Source: a virus
Lineage: Duplodnaviria > Caudoviricetes
Length of the DNA stretch: 58,440 nucleotides
Reading direction: 5' to 3' (one strand)
Virus record (IMG/VR): IMGVR_UViG_3300009506_000035
Span: 1 to 58,440 of that record
Shown here: positions 56,831-58,440 of the stretch, piece by piece
Layout of the letters: each line of letters begins with the position of its first letter
How positions within the stretch are numbered: position 1 is the first letter of the stretch
Translations under genes and position numbers: made by a program
Notes under the pieces: generated by a model
The model's database searches: none
Seen by the model: only the letters and a program-made list of their open reading frames with translations
Told to the model about the DNA's origin: nothing

Positions 56831-56861
56831 TATACTAGCGCCTTAACGCGAAGCGTGTCAG
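56831..56861 (-). promoter_or_regulatory. bldC promoter with operator variant
   Basis: Minus strand CTGACA-18-TAGTAT; TAACGCG-AAG-CGTGTCA at 56844-56860. Confidence 0.5.
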
Positions 56862-57005
56862 CCATGTCCGCGAAACGCGCGGTCTTGATACGGCAGCCGA
56901 AAGCGGCACCGACTCAGACGGCTCTGATCCGGCCGGTGTCCACCGCGGGTGCGGGCGAGAGCCTCGACCGCTGCGGCGATACGGGCCGGATCGGCGCTCA
57001 TCGGG

Positions 57006-57887
57006 TCACCCCTCGGGCTCGGGGGTGACGACCGGGCTCGTCGCGGGCGGCTGGATGGGTACCGGGTCGTTCGCGGTCGGGTATTGGTTCCAGGTTCGGC
57101 CGTCTAGCTCGCGTCCACGCGCTTTCGGCGCCCGCCCGCCCCACTGTTTGAAAAAAAATGGAACATTGGCATCGACGCACTGGTCTCGCAAGGACTGCAC
57201 CCACTCGTGGTGCACCGGTCGAGCGCTAGCGCCGGATTCTCCGCCAGCAACCACCCAATCTGGACGGTCGCGCCGACAGATCCATCTATCTAGATCGACT
57301 TTACCGAGGAGCGGCTCGCATGACAACCACCGCACTGCGGCCGGAGTGTCCAGTAGGACAGGGATACGGATGTCTGCCCACTGTTGGGTTTCGACCGACA
57401 CGCCGACCCACACGTTCGGTAACGGCCAGTGCTCCCACGGGTTCGGGCCCGTGACGATGTCGACGCCCTCGTGGGCGAGGGTGGCGACCTCGCTACACAC
57501 CATCTGGCGGAACTCGTCGTCACCGAGCAGGGACCGCATCCGGGCGTGCCGCTTGGTCAATAGTTGGAACGTGTGCCAGTGCGCGGTGGCCATCACCGCG
57601 AAACACTCCACAATGAACTCGTCGGACACCTGGTCGTGGAACAGGTCCCCCATGGAGGTGACGAAGATCCGTCGGGGCCGGCGCCACCGAAGTGGCAATC
57701 CGACCTTGTTCTGGCGGAGTGTGACGGCGAATCCGTCGGGGAAGCCGGCCACTGCCGAGCCAGCGAATCGGTTGGCGAGTGTCTCCGCGTAGCAGTGATC
57801 ACATCCGGGTGACACTTTGGTGCAGCCGGTCATCGGGTTCCACGTCGCGTCTGTCCAGTCAATCTTACTTTTGTCAGCCATGATCAT
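57006..57887 (-). CDS. DUF5131 / phage Gp37-Gp68 family protein
   Basis: WTDATWNP.TGCTKVSPGCDHCYA, SMGDLFH, LLTKR, SCEPLLG, GGESG, FFKQWGG. Confidence 0.92.
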   Translation of the reverse strand: MIMADKSKIDWTDATWNPMTGCTKVSPGCDHCYAETLANRFAGSAVAGFPDGFAVTLRQNKVGLPLRWRRPRRIFVTSMGDLFHDQVSDEFIVECFAVMATAHWHTFQLLTKRHARMRSLLGDDEFRQMVCSEVATLAHEGVDIVTGPNPWEHWPLPNVWVGVSVETQQWADIRIPVLLDTPAAVRWLSCEPLLGKVDLDRWICRRDRPDWVVAGGESGASARPVHHEWVQSLRDQCVDANVPFFFKQWGGRAPKARGRELDGRTWNQYPTANDPVPIQPPATSPVVTPEPEG

Positions 57888-58029
57888 CCTCCGATCTCCA
57901 TCTTGTCGGCGCGACCATCACCGCTACCTCGACCACCACACCGTGCTGATCGGTCAGCACGTGCGTGACCTCGTTGTAGTTCCATCTCGCGCCCCCGACC
58001 GCTCCATCGGAGCAGGCTTTCTGCTAGAA

Positions 58030-58260
58030 CTAGCCGTCGCCGAAGCCGGCACCGTCGCCGTAGCCGAAGCCGAAGCCGACGCCGTCGCCGAAGCCGGTAC
58101 CGTCGCCGTAGCCGAAGCCGTAGCCGTCGCCGTAGCCGAAACCGTCGCCGTCGCCGTAGCCGAAGCCGGAGCCGTCGCCGTCGCCGACGCCGTCGCCGTA
58201 GCCGTAGCCGTAGCCGTCGCCGAAGCCGACGCCGTAGCCGTCCTCTATGGACGCGTCCAC
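58030..58260 (-). CDS. Gly-rich (GYG/GFG/GDG)n repeat protein
   Basis: About 70-aa G-X dipeptide repeat. Confidence 0.6.
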   Translation of the reverse strand: MDASIEDGYGVGFGDGYGYGYGDGVGDGDGSGFGYGDGDGFGYGDGYGFGYGDGTGFGDGVGFGFGYGDGAGFGDG

Positions 58261-58439
58261 GTCGTCCCCTCCGCCACCTCGAGCTCCGCGACAATGGCCA
58301 GCCGGTGGATATGGACCGTGCCCGCCGGATCCAACACCGTCCTCGGCGTCGGACCGTTCTGCGCCAACTCACCCAAACCTCGGCTGGTGCCCCAGCGGCG
58401 GATGACCACCGCATCGGACAGCACGATCTTGTCTCCGTC
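58245..58439 (-). CDS. Partial conserved phage protein (DUF6948-like), 5' end outside window
   Basis: DAVVIRRWGTSRGLGELAQNGPT..TVLD in an open frame running off the window. Confidence 0.7.
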   Translation of the reverse strand, partial: DGDKIVLSDAVVIRRWGTSRGLGELAQNGPTPRTVLDPAGTVHIHRLAIVAELEVAEGTTWTRP

Positions 58440-58440
58440 C

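Larger units (their letters stand above)
1..58440. mobile_element. Actinomycete siphovirus-type phage / phage-plasmid (ends not in window)
   Basis: Co-oriented terS-terL-portal-protease-MCP-adaptor-tail tube-TAC-TMP-minor tail-endolysin-holin, plus RusA, exonucleases and XRE; no intact host housekeeping genes. Confidence 0.95.

Noticed and set aside
57884-58414. 176-aa Arg-rich protamine-like ORF
   Set aside because: Alternate frame of the Gly repeat and of the conserved upstream gene
1-58440. tRNA/rRNA genes, reverse transcriptase, DGR or retron
   Set aside because: No cloverleaf, RT motifs or template/variable repeat pair recognised by eye; tRNAscan/Infernal not run

Overview
The whole window reads as one high-GC tailed phage (siphovirus-type) of a filamentous actinomycete. 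Most genes are on the minus strand: terminase, portal, protease, capsid, tail and lysis genes (46.8 to 16.1 kb) and early recombination genes (6.5 to 0.1 kb). Between the lysis genes and the XRE regulator, where temperate phages normally carry integrase/attP, there is a Streptomyces-type conjugation cassette: a KorSA-like GntR repressor, Spd-like membrane genes, a TraB FtsK/SpoIIIE translocase and a candidate clt. No integrase is visible, which points to a conjugative phage-plasmid. Other notable items are a ~1970-aa portal polyprotein (MuF, ParB-like, Nudix, GNAT-like modules), a host-like BldC developmental regulator, an IS3 shell with a target duplication carrying a C5 methyltransferase fused to an Fe-S domain, two families of operator-bearing leaderless promoters, and a captured cysC fragment. 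Family assignments come from motif recognition, not database searches. Replication and partition genes are not seen and may lie outside the window.
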